A stretch of 64,000 nucleotides of DNA from the NCBI GenBank assembly GCA_032718475.1, contig JAUCBJ010005949.1, positions 1 through 64,000 of the forward strand. Reading direction: 5' to 3'. This DNA is from Nemertoderma westbladi. Lineage: Eukaryota > Animalia > Xenacoelomorpha. The notes below the pieces were generated by a model. The model was given only the letters and a program-made list of their open reading frames with translations, was not told the origin of the DNA and did not search any database. Position 1 is the stretch's first letter; each line of letters begins with the position of its first letter. The position numbers were made by a program, and so were the translations under genes. Shown piece by piece: positions 50,438-63,500 of this stretch.

Positions 50438-53400
50438 TGTAAAAGCTTTTGCGGACAAAATAAGTCAGTTTGCGCAATGCGCTGAATACTGTAAAAGGCT
50501 TATAATTGTACAACTACGTGTCTGTCAAAAAACTCAAGAGTTGGAATGACAAAATCTACCAGCTGTTCCTTCATGTGAGGAATCTGCTTTGTTGACATAT
50601 ATTTCAGCCAATCAGAGCGATCTCCCTTCCTCTGTTTACAGTGGCCTATAAGAAATGATGCAATGGCGGCAAATTCGGAGAATTCATTCATTCAGAATTC
50701 ATTCATTCGGACATTCTGACTTTCTGACTTTGCCCTAACATCAGTGGCCTAAGAGAGTCGTAAGAACGCAAATCTATTAACACATTGCATATCATACACA
50801 TCTCACTGCACAATTCATACACTGTAAACTGCAATACTGCTGTTGCGTCATTAACACCATTTCTACTGTTTTATACTATTGTTAATTGCTGTTATATATT
50901 AATGGATGTTATATTTGGAGAATACTGATGAATAATCGTTAAATCCCCCTTAATTTTCTTAATTACTGAGGTAAGCAGAAGGGTGTATCAGTAGCAATTG
51001 TGGCTCAATTTATAGTGGTTTGTGTGAATTTAATGCTATTTCATAATCCTAACGTATGTGAGTCGCAATCCTCCTTATATATTACTAAAATCAGTGGCAG
51101 ACGGCAAATCAGTGTGCGTTAGAGTGAATATTAGTGTAGAGTGTTAGTGTGAAGGTTAATAAAGCATTCCTAAAGAATGTGCCAATTGCATTATCCTAGT
51201 GCCACCAGTTGTAATTAGTGTCAGTCATAACTCTGCTTGATACTTAAAGCGCCACGTCCCAAAGGAACTGTTAATATTTTCCCGAAAGTAAATATAGTTG
51301 TCGGTGTTGAAAATATATTAGACTGTGGTGATGGGAATGTTGACCATACTGTATCTATAAAATATATTCCCTTCTGGATCTAAGTTCTTATCTTTTAGTT
51401 GTACCGGTACTCTGTACTGTACTGCTTTCTTATATATATATCTGAATGTGCTTTTGTCTATGTAAGTCTGCATGTGCTTTGTATGTACATTTTATTAACT
51501 GTATGTCTTATTGCCTACCTCATGAATATGGAAACATAGTGCAGAATTGCTTGACTCTGTATTTTCTTCTGCTTGATTAGACTGCAATTCTCAACATGGT
51601 GCCTGGACCCGTTGAGTCCTCCTGACCTAATTGTACCGCACATACGGTACCACTGGAAATACGGTACAACTACCTGACTACATAGGTGCTAATTGAATAT
51701 TACGCCTGCTGTAATAATGGAATCTAAAAAACGAACGCAATTACTACCATCAACTGGCAGACTGGGGATGACGGACCACATTGATTAACATGTTTTGTAC
51801 CTATGGATGCCTTGGAATCTAGAAATAGTGCTACTGTCCTAAGCCTACTACCTACAGATAATGAAATGTTGAATACTTGAATATACATTGAAATGTTACT
51901 TAACTTCTAAAGACCGAGGTTAGTTTGCTATCCTACTGCAGTGCACATTGCAGTGACTAAAATCAGTGGCAGATGGCAAATCAGTGTGCGTTAGAGTGAA
52001 TATTAGTGTAGAGTGTTAGTGTGAAGGTTAATAAAGCATTCCTAAAGAATGCGCCAATTGCGTTATCCTAGTGCCACCAGTTGTAATTAGTGTCAGTCAT
52101 AACTCTGCTTGATACTTAAAGCGCCACGTCCCAAAGGAACTGTTAATATTTTCCCGAAAGTAAATATAGTTGTCGGAGATTTTATAGCAGTGATCAATCG
52201 AATAATACAAAGTAGCCTACTGCAATATTGTTCTCTCTTTATAACAGAATCCAGTCTCCCACACCCGTGGGTCATACACAGCGCTAGACTGGCTTCAGCT
52301 GATGTCAATTAGTACGGGCAATAGTCAATTCATAAGACACTTAAATTAGCAGGTTAAACTGTTAAAGGTCTAAAAGCGCGAACATTAATAGATTTATTCT
52401 TTTATTGCTCAGTAGGCAATAAACCATAACATACCGGTCTGACGGTAAACTGTAGGCTTAGTAGTGCCGAACCGGTACCGTATAGCAGTATTACTTCAAT
52501 TGTGACATATTTGTATATTCGTAGGCTGTTTAAGAGACTAGGGCCTGTACACCCCTTATTTCTTTTAGAGTTTACATATTTCTGTTGGCTTTATTTACAG
52601 TCTGTGTCTTGTTCTGTGTTTGGTCTGTGTTTTATTTGAATAGTCTGTATGGGTAGCGTAATATTTATTATTCAGAGTTTATGCAAGTAATTTACAACAT
52701 CCATGTTCCAAAGTTTATTCCTTACAGTAATTCTGCTTGTTATGCATAACACAATAGTTAAATTAACCCCAGTACTATTTCAGGACTGCTTGGCATAGGA
52801 CAAACTGGTGATTTCTTTAGCATCGGATGATTAAACCTAATTACTCCAGTCACTCCAGCAGATGCTGTGGTTCTTTTAGCTGTTCACGTATATTTAACTG
52901 CAAGTTATATGTTGTATAAGTGCTAGTATCTAATCTAGGGTTTAGAGTACAGCGCTTTCCTGAAAGTTAATGTAGTGTGTACGCAGTATATTTGTGTTGT
53001 AACGTCGTTAATAGGTCTGTTAGCTTTAGGCTTCGATAATTAATCGAAGGACTGTCTCCTGTAGCCCTGATGTGCCATCCAGCTACCACGTCGGCGGCTC
53101 CCGCACCTGCGGTTGAGTGGATGGAGGAAGGGCGGCAGGAGCTGAGAGAGTTGCTTGGGCACTTAGCCCAAACAAAGGCTCGATCTGATGAACAAGTCCG
53201 AGATTTGGAAGGAACTGTTAAATTATTAAAGGGAATAGTACGAGGCAGTAGAATAGAGTTGCAAGAAGTGTAGCAACACATCGTTCTCGAATGCGATAAA
53301 TTAGTCAATATACAAATGGGTGTACCACCACCCCCTGTAACATTGTGTCAGCCCTTTAGGCCTGAAGTACCTCATGCGCAAGGTATGGAGCATACTGCTA

Positions 53401-56400
53401 GTGAAGTAGAAACTCCTATAGTAAACCATGTTAATTATATTAATAAACCTGTTGATAATGATATCCCATACCGATCTGATAATAATCCGTGAAATTTATA
53501 TACTGATAATTCGATATTAAACAGTACGATGGCTCAAGAGAGTTTCCGCGTCAGATGGCTAGGATGGAAGCTCGTCAAGCTGTAAAGGTGGGAGAGGTTG
53601 TCAAGTTTAATGGAGATGAGATGAAATGGTTACCTTTTAATGAATATTACAAAGATAACATACAAAAGTCTGTACTATCCAACGGAGAAAAACTCATCGA
53701 GTGCTTGGAAGGTCCTCCCAAGTTAATGGCGTTTAAGTTTATTGGACATCCTGACGGTTTAAGACAAGTTTGGGATACACTTAACATCAGGTATCTACAG
53801 GTATCAGGTATCAGGCATCTAGGTGGCTACATGTCTAAACATTAAATGTCCTCCCATTTCTTTGCTTTTAATCCGTTTAACCTGAAACTTGGCACAATTG
53901 TACTCGACCATTAGCTGTGTCATTTAAACTTTTTCTGAGGTTTTAACCCTTCGTTTTTTCAAACAGATGATTCCTTTGAAGTCAATTTTGACCTCAGGTA
54001 AATGAGAGGGTTGGGGTGGTAGTAGGGTCTTGGGCGGCTCAGCGACAGTTAGACCTCACTGACTAATTTCTATGGTGGTAGGAGCTGTAGAAAGGATTAA
54101 TAAATAATAGAAAGGATTAATAGAAGATAGGAAAAGAGCTGCAGCCGCTGAGGCCAAACTTAAAGCTGCAGCGCGGAAGTTGAACGGAAAGCTGCAGCGA
54201 TAGCGGCGGAAGTCGAACAGAAAGCTGCAGCAGCAGCGGCAGCGGCAGTGGCAGCGGCAGCAGCAGTGGCAGTGGCAGAAGTCAAACTTAAAGCTGCAGC
54301 GGCAGCGGCAGAAGTTGAACTTAAAGCTACCACAGTAGAAATTGAAAAAAGGGCAGCTGAAGCCAAAGCACAACTAGAGTTAGAGAGCATTCAAGCGAGA
54401 CAAGATTTCTTAAGTAAACCAAGGGCAGCGAATCAGATGCAATACCTAAGTCGATCTACTCCTAAAAGACATGGATTTACTACTTCCTCGGATGAAGGTA
54501 CTATCACTGATTCCAAGTGTAGAAGAAATAAATCCCATTCAAATGGATGTAGAAGAGCGCCCATAGGACATAAGTTAGCCCCCCCCCCCCCCCCCCCCCC
54601 CGGTGAGAAGGGAATTAACTAATGCAGACTTAAGAGCTAAAGAGTCAATAACTCAAGTTGTACGATCAGATAGACACCCTACTATAGTGGATGAGCCAGA
54701 AATAATTAGGCCTGCTATCAAAACTACTCCTTTAATGGAGACCCTTTTGCTGCCTGAACACAACTCTGAATTCCCTTTACACAGTACCAAACTTACCTTG
54801 GCCAGTAGACAAATACCAGAGTCTCCGACCGGTATTGATACCGAGCAAAATTTGTTTATCGAAGGACTGTCTCCGGTAGCCCTGATGTGCCATCCAGCTA
54901 CCACGTCGGCGGCTCCCGCACCTACGGTTGAGTGGATGGAGGAAGGGCGGCAGGAGCTGAGAGAGTTGCTTGGGCACTTAGCCCAAACAAAGGCTCGATC
55001 TGATGAACAAGTCCGAGATTTGGAAGGAACTGTTAAATTATTAAAGGGAATAGTACGAGGCAGTAAAATAGAGTTGCAAGAAGTGCAGCAACACATCGCT
55101 CTCGAATGCGATAAATTAGTCAATATACAAATGGGTATACCACCACCCCCTGTAACATTGTGTCAGCCCTTTAGGCCTGAAGTACCTCATGCGCAAGGTA
55201 TGTAGCCTACATGCATCTATACTGCTAGTGAAGTAGAAACTCCTATAGTAAACCATGTTAATAATATTAATAAACCTGTTGATAATGATATCCCATACCG
55301 ATCTGATAATAATCCGTGAAATTTATATACCGATAATTCGATATTAAACAGTACGATGGCTCAAGAGAGTTTCCGCGTCAGATGGCTAGGATGGAAGCTC
55401 GTCAAGCTGTAAAGGTGGGAGAGGTTGTCAAGTTTAATGGAGATGAGATGAAATGGTTACCTTTTAATGAATATTACGTCAAAGATAACATACAAAACTC
55501 TGTACTATCCAACGGAGAAAAACTCATCGAGTGCTTGGATGGTCCTCCCAAGTTAATGGCGTTAAAGTTTATTGGACATCCTGACAGATTAAGACAAGTT
55601 TGGGATACACTTAACATCAGGTATCTATAGGTATCAGGTATCAGGCATCTAGGTGGCTACATGTCTAAACATTAAATGTCCTCCCATTTATTTGCTTTTA
55701 ATCCGTTTAACCTGAAACTTGGCACAATTGTACTCGACCATTAGCTGTGTCATTTAAACTTTTCTGAGGTTTTAACCCTTCGTTTTTTCAAACAGATGAT
55801 TCCTTTGAAGTCAATTTTGACGTCAGGTAAATGAGAGGGTTGGGGTGGTAGTAGGGTCTTGGGCGGCTCAGCGACAGTTAGACCTCACTGACTAATTTCT
55901 ATGGTGGTAGGAGCTGTAGCTTCAACTTTGCCAAAGGGTGGAGTAGGTACTCATTGGGACAAAAAGGTTCTATACTTTATGGACCAACATCAGAGAGATC
56001 CAACCATGGCGGACCTTATGTCGTTCTTAAACGGAGAGGTAAGATTACAGCTAATGAAACAGTCTAGAGAGAAGACTCCAGAAACCAAGGTAAGTGAGAA
56101 ACCTGTTGCTAGGAGAAAGATAACACCAGTATGTTACACCGAATATGAGAGTCAAACATCCTATGATGAGGACAGTAGCAAAGACACCGAAAGGACTTAT
56201 TATATGAGTAAAGGTAAGGAAATAAGTAAACCCACGGTTTGACCTGGTAACAAGGGAGAACAACTTAGAACTCCTCCTACGTCTCCCAAGAGAATGCCGG
56301 GTAGGAAGCCCGAAGTAAGAACTAACGTACAAAACACCATGCATACCAAGGTAAGTAACATCAAACCTAAGTGGGTATTGTGCAAAGGGCCCCATCGTTT

Positions 56401-57562
56401 GAGTGGGTGTGAGGAATTCTTAAAGAAAGAACTAAAAGATCGACGTAGTGTAACTTGGGATAAAAGGTTATGTTACAATTGCCTCAGGAGAGGACGTCAA
56501 AGGAAAACCTGTTACTCAGATGTGAGGTGCGCTAAGTGTGGAGCGAAACATAATATCCTACTGCACACTGAGTTCGATAAGGTAAGTGAACCAGAACTGC
56601 ATGTACAGTTCAGTGATGTAAACGACACAGATCAGAGTTTGGAGATGGAAGGATTCTATACGGACGAGTTTTCTGATGAAAATGAATTCTGCTATATGAT
56701 CAACACAGCCGTATATTGAGCCCTTACTTATGAGGCAGTGACTGACAGATAGGAATCCCACCTACCCATTCCGGATCGACAGCCCTCATGGAAGGTTTCG
56801 CAACCATCTATCGGCATCAGAGAGTTTCCAGTGGTGCAGCTTAGGGTACATGGACAAGGTAAGGGCCTTATTGTTAATGCCCTCCTTGATTCAGGTAGTA
56901 CAGGCACCTTTATTGATAAAGATTTAGCCGAGGATATATTCACTGGTCAAGAGAGATTCCAAACACAAACTGAAATTTTCCAGGATCATGCAGGTATGGA
57001 AATCTACTGTTTCTACAGATTTCTATTTAGGATCGTTGTCGACTCCCCAGGATAAATCAGGTGAGGACAGTATAAGGTCAGTTAAAATGGTGGCCAGTAA
57101 GAACTTTACTGCTAGTCAAGTAGAGCCTTATAACTGGGACGAGGACAGCTTTGCCCAACAACATAATGTCCCCAGATTTAAAACAAATTACCTAGGGGTA
57201 CAAATATTACTCGGTCAGAATGCGCATGAAGCGCTAGAAACCATCGAGAAACAGCCTGCTCGACTGCTACCCTTACAAACGTATACGGGACGAACTAGAG
57301 TAGGTTGGTATTTCACGGGACCATCTAGAAGGACTTTGAAGGAGAGATTAGAAAGCGAGCAAATCCATCAGGTAAGAGAGTGTGTGGAAACCGTGAAAGA
57401 TGAGGACATCATAACTGAGGGAACTTCATGCTCCTCAGATAACGGTGATATTCAGACCCTATACAACGAGGATAACACTATTGAACTCCTCACTGAGACT
57501 CAAACTCAGACGCAGAATAGCGACCTATTCGCTTATGACAACGACGAACTTAATGAGGTAGT
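50438..57562 (+). mobile_element. BEL/Pao copy 2: degenerate, rearranged leader plus gag-protease, cut off by copy 3
   Basis: Starts TGTAAAAGCTTTTGCG; gag and protease fragments homologous to copy 1 (VKFNGDEMKWLPF, CYNC, LLDSGS) with stops and frameshifts; internal ~1.05-kb duplication. Confidence 0.85.
51305..51950 (+). mobile_element. 5' fragment of a different LTR element: 292-bp LTR (51305-51596), PBS and a short internal stretch
   Basis: TGTTGA...TCAACA termini followed at once by TGGTGCCTGGACCCG (resembles a tRNA-His primer site). Confidence 0.65.
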
Positions 57563-60500
57563 TGTAAAAGCTTTTACTGAATTGTCCGGTTATTTTTCCT
57601 TATTTTTCCCGTAAAGTACTCTGTAGTTGGTTTACCAGGCATAAAAAGGCCGTGTCCTTGCTGTACTGGTGTTTTAGCGGACATAAAAGCTATTTCTTCT
57701 GTATTTGTACTTTAGAGGACATAATCCATAATTCCGTGACGTAAAAGCTCGATACTCTTGAAAACAGTGTCGCTACCATGACGACGGCTAGCAGCTGATA
57801 TTGCCACGTCGACGTTTCTTTGTTTCTCTGTTCTCTCGTTGTTCATGTTGACCAATCAGAGCGTTTGTGATCTCTGTGTTGGAGGTATATACAGAAACTC
57901 AGTAGTTCAGTGTTATGTTTTTGTCCAGAGCCTAAGAACCGGCTTTGGCACCTCCGTGTTTTCAGTTTTTAGTCTTACACTAGTAGGTTTAATTATAAAG
58001 GGCATATATCCTTTAACTGACGCACCTACCTGACTCATGGAATCACTGCATACTGATGACTGATGTCTGCATACTGCAGTACTGCATACACTGCATACTG
58101 TGTAACATTGTGCATACCTTTATATTGTTATACTGCTATTTACCGTCAGTTCTTCATAATATGGTTGATGAATAATTATATTTGGAATAACGATAAACAA
58201 CCCCGAAACCCAATGTTCTTGATATACCGAAGGTAAGAGAGAAGGGTTACAGATAAACGATTGTGACTTATGTTAAAGTGGTTTGAAGTGAATCTAATGT
58301 TATTTGATAGACCCTACATGAGCCAGTCTGTGTTCCTTTTATATGTGACTAAAATCAGTGAAGATCGGCAGATTAGTGTGCAGTATTGTGCAGCATTGTG
58401 TATGAGTGAGTCTGTTAAAGAAGCATTCCTAAAGAATGCGCCATATATGTGAATTATAATTAAGCCATATCGTTGTGAGTGGTTTAAGTCATAACTCTGT
58501 TTATATAGATAAAGCGCCACGTCCTAAAGGAACTGTTAATATTCCCGAAGGTGAATAATATTGTCAGAGATTATATAATACTGTCAGTCGAATAATACAT
58601 TAGGCTTACATAGCAATAAAATTAAACCGTCGAACCCAATCTCCCGGGAATTTCCAGTGGGTGAATGGTCGCGCACGGATTGGTTTCGACTAGTGTAGTG
58701 AATCAAATACTTGTCATAGACTAAAAACTGATTTAATATCTAGAAGACATCTTAATTTGGTGGGTTAAACTGCCAAAGGTCTGAAAGCGCGAACATTAAA
58801 GGATATTGCTTCTGTATTGCAGTAGGCAATAAAGCTGAAGTACCGGCAACCGGTACCCAGTAGGCCTGACTACCTAACCACCCGGACCGGTACCTACAGC
58901 AGTACAGGTGCAGCAGTATTATTCGATTTTGATAATTATATACCGGTAGGCCTTAATAATTAATCAGGGAGGGCCCGCCCTGGTTTTTTATTGAGTTTTT
59001 ACTTATTTCTGTCAAATTTTATTTATTTGTAGGCCAGTATTGAACAGAAGGCGTGTAAACCTCATCAGATTGTACAGACAATTTGTAGGCTGAGCTGTTG
59101 TCTGATTGCTGTTAAGTCTGAACGGATTGCAGTGTGTGTAGAGCAACTGTCCGATTAAGTACGATTAGGCAGTAGGGGCAGTGAATACTGTAAGGTAAAC
59201 CCCCAATTAAAGAATAAGTCGCACTACTGGGTTAGAGCGCATACTCCCTAATCATTTCGGAGTCTGCATGTCCTGTGGTTTATTTAGGCTTGAGAGTAGT
59301 CTGCCATCGTTTGGTCTGTACTTTGTTTGTGTAAGTCTGTACGGGTAGCGTATAATTTTATTTAAATAATTTGTAGGCTGGATAGTTGTCTGGCTGTTAT
59401 TAAGTCTGAGCGGATTGCCGCGTGTGTAGATCATCTGTCCGATTAAGTACGATTAGGCAGTAGGGGCAGCGAACGCTGTAAGGTAATCCCCCAGCTAAAG
59501 AATAAGTCGCACTACTGGGTTAGAGCGCATACTCCCTAATCATTTCGGAGTCTGCATATACCGTAGTTTGTTTAGGCTTGATAGTAGTCTGTCAGTGTTC
59601 GGTCTGTATTTTATTTGAGTAGTTTGTACGCGTAGCGTAATATTTATTATTCAGAGTTTATGCGATTATTCGCAACATTCATTCCCTAAGTTTGTTCCTA
59701 CAGTAATTGTGTTTGTTATACATACCGTTATAGTTAAATTAACCCCGGTACTATACGGGCTGCTCGGCGTAGGTAAAGACTGGTGATTTTGTGCATCGGT
59801 CACTCCAGCAGATGCCGTGGTTCTTTTAGCTGTTCAAGTATATTTAACTACTGATTATTTGTTGTACAAGTACTCGTACCTAATTTAGGGTTTAGTGTAC
59901 AGTGCTTTCCTGAAGTAATTATTGTAGCCATTATATTTGTGTTGTAAAGTGGTTGATAGGCACATTCGATTAGCTCTATTAACTTCTAGGTAGGAACACT
60001 CCGTGATACATAACGTAGAACCTATAGCGATACGGCTATAGGTCGTCAGGCGGTGGCATTTTCCTATCTAGACAACGCAGTGTATTTACTACTACTTATT
60101 ATTTCAAATACCGTAGTACCCTGTCCGCTGTAATAATCAGTTTTCTAACCCTTTGTTAGGCTGGTTTGTAGACTTCTTGTAAAATTACCCTAAAAATTCG
60201 TATTTTGCGTTTTTGTAAATTTTTGTGTTTATTTAGAGATTGTAATCTCAACCCGAATTGTACGTAATTTGTAGTATTAAGTAACTTAGGTCAATTAGAA
60301 TTATTTGTTTTAGTGTCTTATAAGTAACACTTCATTGAAAGCGCACCGCTTTGTGTAGTGATTACTCCCCAGAAATAATAACATTTATTTCAAACATTGA
60401 CTAAACCCATTAAAACGGGTATATATATATTATAAATCAAATCTAACGATTTATAAATAGTAGACCTACCATATAACCATTAGGTCTCAATATCAGTTGG

Positions 60501-63500
60501 ATTACTGCTCAAATAACGGTAATAAAGTAAGTAAAGTAACAAAGTAACCCTAAAGTAACAGAAATTCAATTATTTGAAATAATTGATATACCGGTATTTA
60601 CAATAGGCTTATTATATTTATTTCTATAAATTTTAGGTTGAAATCATACCGGTATTCTGTAATTAATTCTAGTTTGTAATTATACTTATATATATATACT
60701 ATAAGTGTAAACTGCATACCGGTATTTACGATAGGCCTATTATCTTTATTTCTATAAATTTAGGCTGAAATTATACTGGTACTTGTAATTAATTCTAGTC
60801 CAGAATTATATATACTACAAACTGTAAGCTGTATACCGGTATTCCCGATAGGCCTATTATATATTTATATATATTTGTGCTAAAATTATACCGGTATTCT
60901 GTGATAAACCTAGTCTGTAATAATACTTATATAGTTATATATACTATAAGTATACCGGTATTCTAATATATTATATATATCACGCTACACTGAGTAGCAG
61001 TAACGGTAATTAATTACTAGGCTAGTAGGTAATATTGAGTTACTAGACTTACTCAGACTGTAATACAGCAGTAGACATTCAACTGTACACATAAGCATGT
61101 CTGACGCAAAGCAGAACCTGTCAGACAGTCTACTAGATACAACCGAGAGCGAAGTGACAGCAGAGAAACCGCATAAGAGGGATGCCATTGATATCTATCT
61201 GTCAGACTATCAGCGTTTTGTGGGAGATGAAGAGTTGAGGAGAAGGCTAGAGGGACTTAGCCCTAATAGCGAAGGAGCCAAACTTGTGTTAGATGCGATT
61301 GATGTGGATAGGTTAGCGGCGAACCAAGCTAAATTCGATGAACAACTCCGCCTGACAAGAGTCAAAGAAGAACAAGTAAAGAAAAAACGTATCGAAGACA
61401 GAAAGGCAGCGGCAGTAGCAGCAGCAGTGGCAGCTGCAGAAGCAGAAACAAAGGCAGCAGCGGCAGAGGCAGCGGCAGAGGCAAAAGCGGCAGCGGCAGA
61501 GGCAAAAGCGGCAGCGGCAGAGGCAGCGGCAGAGGCAGCGGCAGAGGCAAAAGCGGCAGAAGCAGAAAGAAAGGCGGCAATGGCAGCGGCCGAAGCGGAA
61601 AGAAAGGCGGCAGAGGCAGTGGCAGAAGCAGAACGGAGGGCATCTGAAGAGGCAACCCAACTAGAGTTGGAAAATCTTCAAGAGAGGCAAGACAACTTCA
61701 ATAAACAGTTAACAGCGAGCAATATGCAGATGATGAGTCGATCTACTCCCAAAAGACAAGGGTATACCTCATCTGAGGAAGGCGATACCACCGACACTGA
61801 AGGCGGAAGAAATCGATCTCGCCTAAGCAGACGTAAAAGAACATTCCACCGGCAGAAATTGCCTGATTTGCCTCCAGCTGTTAGAAGGCAACTAAATAAC
61901 ACCAACTTAGGTAGTACAGAGCCCACAGACCAAATAATTACAATAGAAAGACTCCCTACTATAGTAGATGAGCCTGAAATAATTAGGCCTGTTCTTGAAA
62001 TCACCCCTTCGGTGATAGACACACCTGTGCTCCCTGAAGCTACTTCTAAATTCCCTCTACATAGCACTAAGCTACCTGTGCCCAGTAGAACTGCCCAGGC
62101 GACAGTTCAGGTCCTGGACCCCGAGCGAAATATTCATAATTTGTCGCCCGTTGTCCCTCGTCCGCCCGCTACAACGTTGGCGACTCCCGCTTCGGCGGTC
62201 GAATGGGTGGACAGGGGACGGCGGGGGATGGATATCCTGCTCGGGCAGATGCAGGAGACTGTCCAGCAATTCAAGGGCACAGTAAGGGAAAGTAGGCTAG
62301 AGTTGCAAGAAGTGCAGCAAAGTATCGCGCTAGAACGCGATAAATTAGTAAATACCCAAAAGGGTATACCACCACCCTCTGTAACAATGTGTCAACCTGT
62401 TAGGTCTGAAGTATTGCATGCGCAAGGTGTGGAGCCTACACGCATATATACTGCTAGCGAAGTAGAAACTCCTATAGTGAACCCTATTAAGGGTAATTAT
62501 AGACCTGTTGATAATGATATTCCCTATAGAACTGATCATAATCCGAGAAATTTATATACCGATAACTCGATATTAAATAGCACAATGGCCCAAGAAAGTT
62601 TTACGCGTCAAATGGCTAGAACCGAAGCCCGGCAAGCGGTAAAGGTTGGAGAGATCGTCAAGTTCAATGGAGATGAGATGAAATGGTTACCTTTTAATGA
62701 ATATTACAAAGATAACATACAGAACTCTGTACTATCTAATGGAGAAAAACTTAGATACCTCATCGAGTGCTTGGAAGGATCTCCCAAGTTAATGGCGTTA
62801 AAGTTTATTGGCCATCCAGACGGATTAAGACAAGTTTGGGATATACTAAACATCAGGTATGGTAATAGGAATAATATCGCTAAGTATTTATATGCAAAAT
62901 TAGTAGCGCCCAGAAAGTTCATCAGCAGTGGGATAATAGAGTTTTCCGATGAGATTCAAGAGATCTGTAGACAATTAGATTGGTTAGGTAAGTCTCATGA
63001 ATACCAAAGTTCTATGGTCATTGGAGCTGTGGCTTCTACTTTACCGAAAGGTGGGGTAGGCACACGCTGGGATAAGAAAGTACTTTATATGATGGAACAA
63101 CAACGACGAGACCCTACCATGGCTGATCTCATGTCATTCTTGGATGGAGAAGTGAAATTGCAACTCCTCAAGCAGTCCCGAGAGAAGACACCGGAAAACA
63201 AGGTAAGTGAAAAACCCGTCTCTAGGAGAAAGGTAACACCAGTATGTTATACCGATGACGGCGAAAGCCAGACTTCTCAAGGAGAAGATAGCGGGAAAGA
63301 CACGGATAGATCTTATTACGTGAACAAAATGCCTAAAGATCAGGTAAGTAAATTTAAGTCTCGAACAAATGACAGGAGGGAACAGGTAAGAAAAACTCCT
63401 CCCACGTCTCCCAAGAGAATTCAGGTGAGAAAACCCGAAGAAAGGGCAAGTGTACACAATGTGACTCAAAACAAGGTAAGTAACATCAAACCAAAATGTG

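Noticed and set aside
58270-58452. 60-aa ORF in the BEL leader
   Set aside because: The start and frame are not preserved in copy 1, and the copy 2 version contains stops.
59080-59630. Possible ribozyme in the ~290-bp leader duplication
   Set aside because: No hammerhead (CTGATGA...GAAA with stems), twister or HDV core could be identified by eye.
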